This document shows positions 29,870-32,000 of a stretch of 32,000 nucleotides of DNA, piece by piece. The notes beneath the pieces were generated by a model. It was not told the DNA's origin. It worked only from the letters and a program-made list of their open reading frames with translations, and searched no databases. The DNA lies in NCBI GenBank assembly GCA_001897305.1, contig MKSO01000001.1, forward strand, positions 420,001-452,000, read 5' to 3'. Position 1 is the stretch's first letter; the number at the start of each line of letters is the position of its first letter. Origin of the DNA: Candidatus Saccharimonadota bacterium (lineage in GTDB: Bacteria; Patescibacteriota; Saccharimonadia; Saccharimonadales; Saccharimonadaceae). The position numbers and the translations under genes are program-made.

Positions 29870-31472
29870 AGCTTGACCCGTGGTTGAGACGGCTTTTAAG
29901 TTCAATTCGCGTATGAAGCTTGTGGGCTAATTTAGTAGACACGTAAAGGCCCAAACCAGTACCGTTAGTCTCGCGAATACGATAATCCTCACTTCTATAG
30001 AATTTATTAAATACTTTATTCTGATCAGTTCGGCTTATCCCTATACCCGTATCTTTTACGGTAAAGGTGACGATATTTTTCGAGCGACGACCGATAATAG
30101 TAACGCTTCCTTCATTAGTGTACTTAATCGCATTAGTAATAAAGTTTTGGAGTAGTTCTTCAAGGTATAGGCGGCTAGTCATGACCGATCCAAGACTATG
30201 TCCAAGATCAAGATTAAGCTCCAGCTTACGGTCGCGAGCCGATTTCTCGTACTGCTGGTGTAAGCTTTGAAGCAAATCAGAGACATTGATTGACTCTGGT
30301 GTATCGGCAACGCCTCGCTCAGCACGCGACAAAGTACTGAGGTCGTTAACCATTTTGGCGAGATAGAGCACTTGATCATGCGCCGTCGAGACGGTGTCGG
30401 CTAGTACCTCATGCGGTGGTGGTGTCGGACGTTTGATTAATACGTCCAAATTAGATAGGCTCCCCTCGACAATGGTAATTGGCGTACGAAGTTCATGACT
30501 AACCACGCTAATAAATTCATCCCGCTCTTCTTCAAGACTCTTTTGCTTTGTGACATCACGCATGATAAGGATATACCCACCCTGCTCAGACGCCTTCTTG
30601 CGAGTACTGTAACTACTTTTGATGGGTGACAACGTTATTTCTAATCGAATAGACTCACCGTCTTTATAGGTATGGTTCAGGTCGTCACGACGAATAGTAC
30701 GCGTTGCTTCGTTTAGAAGGTTTGTAAGTTGAACCGGCTGACCATCTTTATCGGTCAGATTAAAAAGTTCGCCTATAGAACGGCCTTTAAGCGTATCGTT
30801 TGTGTCAAGCAAGTCCAGGCAGGCTGCGTTATACATAAGAATACTACCCTTGTCGTCAGTGCTAAAGGCAGCGTCTGTAAGATTATTCATAATGGTAGTC
30901 ATACGGTCATACTGCCAACGTTCCCTGTTTTGACTGTGCTGCAGGGCGCGTCGGCGGGTTTCTTGACTACTACTAATAGCGGTTACGATTGTACTGAGCA
31001 AAATAACACTAATTGCTACTAGTACATTTTGAAGGAGTAGCTGATTCTGAGCGTTTCCGTGGATAGCAGTATCTAGAGCCAAAGCCCCAAGGAGAGCAGC
31101 TATACTTGCCCCATAGCCCAGTCGCCCATAATAGAAATAACTGCTAATAACAAGAACTATGTAAAACGGCATAAATGGCTGTACAAAGCCGATTACCAAG
31201 ATACAGATAGCCAAAGCGAAGAAGTGTAGCAAGATAAGCCGCAGTCCATGATCGGTGTGCTCGCTGGCGGGTTTTATATAGTAATACAGGCTTATAAGAA
31301 CCCAGAAAAATAACAAACTAAACGCAACAGGCGTGCTAATGACACGGTCAGTAGGTATTAGGCCCATAATGACGAGTAACGCGTATATAGCAGTAAGCGG
31401 TGCTACGGCCACACGAATAAGGCGAACGATCGCAATTGTTTCGTCACTGTACTGCATACCACCCGCTTTCAT
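29844..31472 (-). CDS. membrane sensor histidine kinase with a PAS domain
   Basis: 542 aa. It has about 6 N-terminal TM helices, a PAS-like region (IMNNLTDAAFSTDDKGSILMYNAA), an H-box (SHELRTPIT), and N/G boxes (NAIKYT, DTGIGI, GTGLGLYV). ATG 31457 is an alternative start. Confidence 0.9.
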   Translation of the reverse strand: MKAGGMQYSDETIAIVRLIRVAVAPLTAIYALLVIMGLIPTDRVISTPVAFSLLFFWVLISLYYYIKPASEHTDHGLRLILLHFFALAICILVIGFVQPFMPFYIVLVISSYFYYGRLGYGASIAALLGALALDTAIHGNAQNQLLLQNVLVAISVILLSTIVTAISSSQETRRRALQHSQNRERWQYDRMTTIMNNLTDAAFSTDDKGSILMYNAACLDLLDTNDTLKGRSIGELFNLTDKDGQPVQLTNLLNEATRTIRRDDLNHTYKDGESIRLEITLSPIKSSYSTRKKASEQGGYILIMRDVTKQKSLEEERDEFISVVSHELRTPITIVEGSLSNLDVLIKRPTPPPHEVLADTVSTAHDQVLYLAKMVNDLSTLSRAERGVADTPESINVSDLLQSLHQQYEKSARDRKLELNLDLGHSLGSVMTSRLYLEELLQNFITNAIKYTNEGSVTIIGRRSKNIVTFTVKDTGIGISRTDQNKVFNKFYRSEDYRIRETNGTGLGLYVSTKLAHKLHTRIELKSRLNHGSSFSFQLEGE

Positions 31473-31517
31473 ATGTGCTTATGATTATAGCGTAAGTTAG
31501 GTATGCTGACTATATAT

Positions 31518-32000
31518 CTAAATTGATGGCGTTTCTGTCTTTAAGCGCTTACGATGTACTTTATACTGTGCATCGCCTTGCTCTACGAGTTCCCAGAAGT
31601 GAGTACTATGGTTCATTTCAACAGTATGCGCTAACTCGTGTATTAAGACGTAGTCAATAAGCTCAAAAGGCAGTTTCATCAAAGCAATATTAAGGCTGAT
31701 GGTACCTTCACTGCTACAACTTCCCCATCGGCTGCTCGCATGAGAAAACCGCACCTTAGCATAGGTGAAGCCAAGTGTTTGCGCTAAATACCCTAAGCGC
31801 CTAGGGAGATAGCTTTTGGCTTCCTTTCGCAAGGCTTTAATCGAAGCATCTCTTAAGAGCCGTACAACATCGGCATCGGCCAGCTGTTTTGCCTCGGGCA
31901 GTGTAAGTACAATCCGCTGACCTTCAATGGCCGTACCTACGCGATCACCTTTTTTAACTAAGATAGTGTGACTCTTGCCAATTTGTTGGCCATCATAATA
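31518..32000 (-). CDS. YgjP/DUF45-type zinc metallohydrolase (5' end outside the window)
   Basis: It has the HEXXH motif in LIHELAHTVEMNHSTHFWELV. The frame stays open upstream of the track's TTG (31832) to the window edge (YYDGQQIGKSHTILVKKGDRVGTAIEGQRIVLTLPEAKQLADADVVRLLRDASIKAL...), so the CDS is truncated by the window. Confidence 0.8.
   Translation of the reverse strand, partial: YYDGQQIGKSHTILVKKGDRVGTAIEGQRIVLTLPEAKQLADADVVRLLRDASIKALRKEAKSYLPRRLGYLAQTLGFTYAKVRFSHASSRWGSCSSEGTISLNIALMKLPFELIDYVLIHELAHTVEMNHSTHFWELVEQGDAQYKVHRKRLKTETPSI

Noticed and set aside
1-32000. CRISPR arrays, tRNA/rRNA genes, transposases/integrases, and terminal inverted repeats flanking the inserted blocks.
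   Set aside because: I found no spaced direct-repeat arrays, cloverleaf-compatible sequences or recombinase motifs on either strand. The only large repeat is the tandem adhesin gene duplication.

Overview
This is a gene-dense, roughly mid-40s % G+C bacterial chromosome segment. I found no rRNA, tRNA, CRISPR array, transposase or integrase. The gene content looks like a streamlined Patescibacteria/CPR genome, Saccharibacteria-like; that placement is inference only.

Content:
- **Replication:** dnaB and dnaX.
- **Translation cluster:** secE-nusG-rplK-rplA-rplJ-rplL is present but broken apart by three insertions.
- **dTMP operon:** folA...dCMP deaminase-thyA, with three unrelated enzymes embedded in it.
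- **Other genes:** two glycosyltransferases, a PAS histidine kinase, a wHTH-Nudix/NADAR pair, an FAD oxidase, and several orphan ORFs.

Most interesting:
1. **Pilus locus (5.3-11.2 kb).** Two tandem giant paralogs fuse a PilX-like pilin anchor to an RCC1 beta-propeller, with a ricin-type lectin inserted between blades. Two classical prepilins follow. The second paralog carries a single in-frame TGA.
2. **High-GC cassette (12.55-13.06 kb).** About 0.5 kb at roughly 60-65% G+C by hand count, holding two coupled small genes with their own promoter and terminator. It looks foreign.
3. **wHTH-Nudix/NADAR operon.** A possible nucleotidyltransferase-like ORF converges on it.
4. **Leaderless promoters.** In at least 11 transcription units a -10 box sits 7-12 nt from a start codon with no SD.
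5. **rplJ leader.** An 8-mer present three times gives terminator/antiterminator alternatives.

All functional calls come from motif reading by eye. No database search was run.
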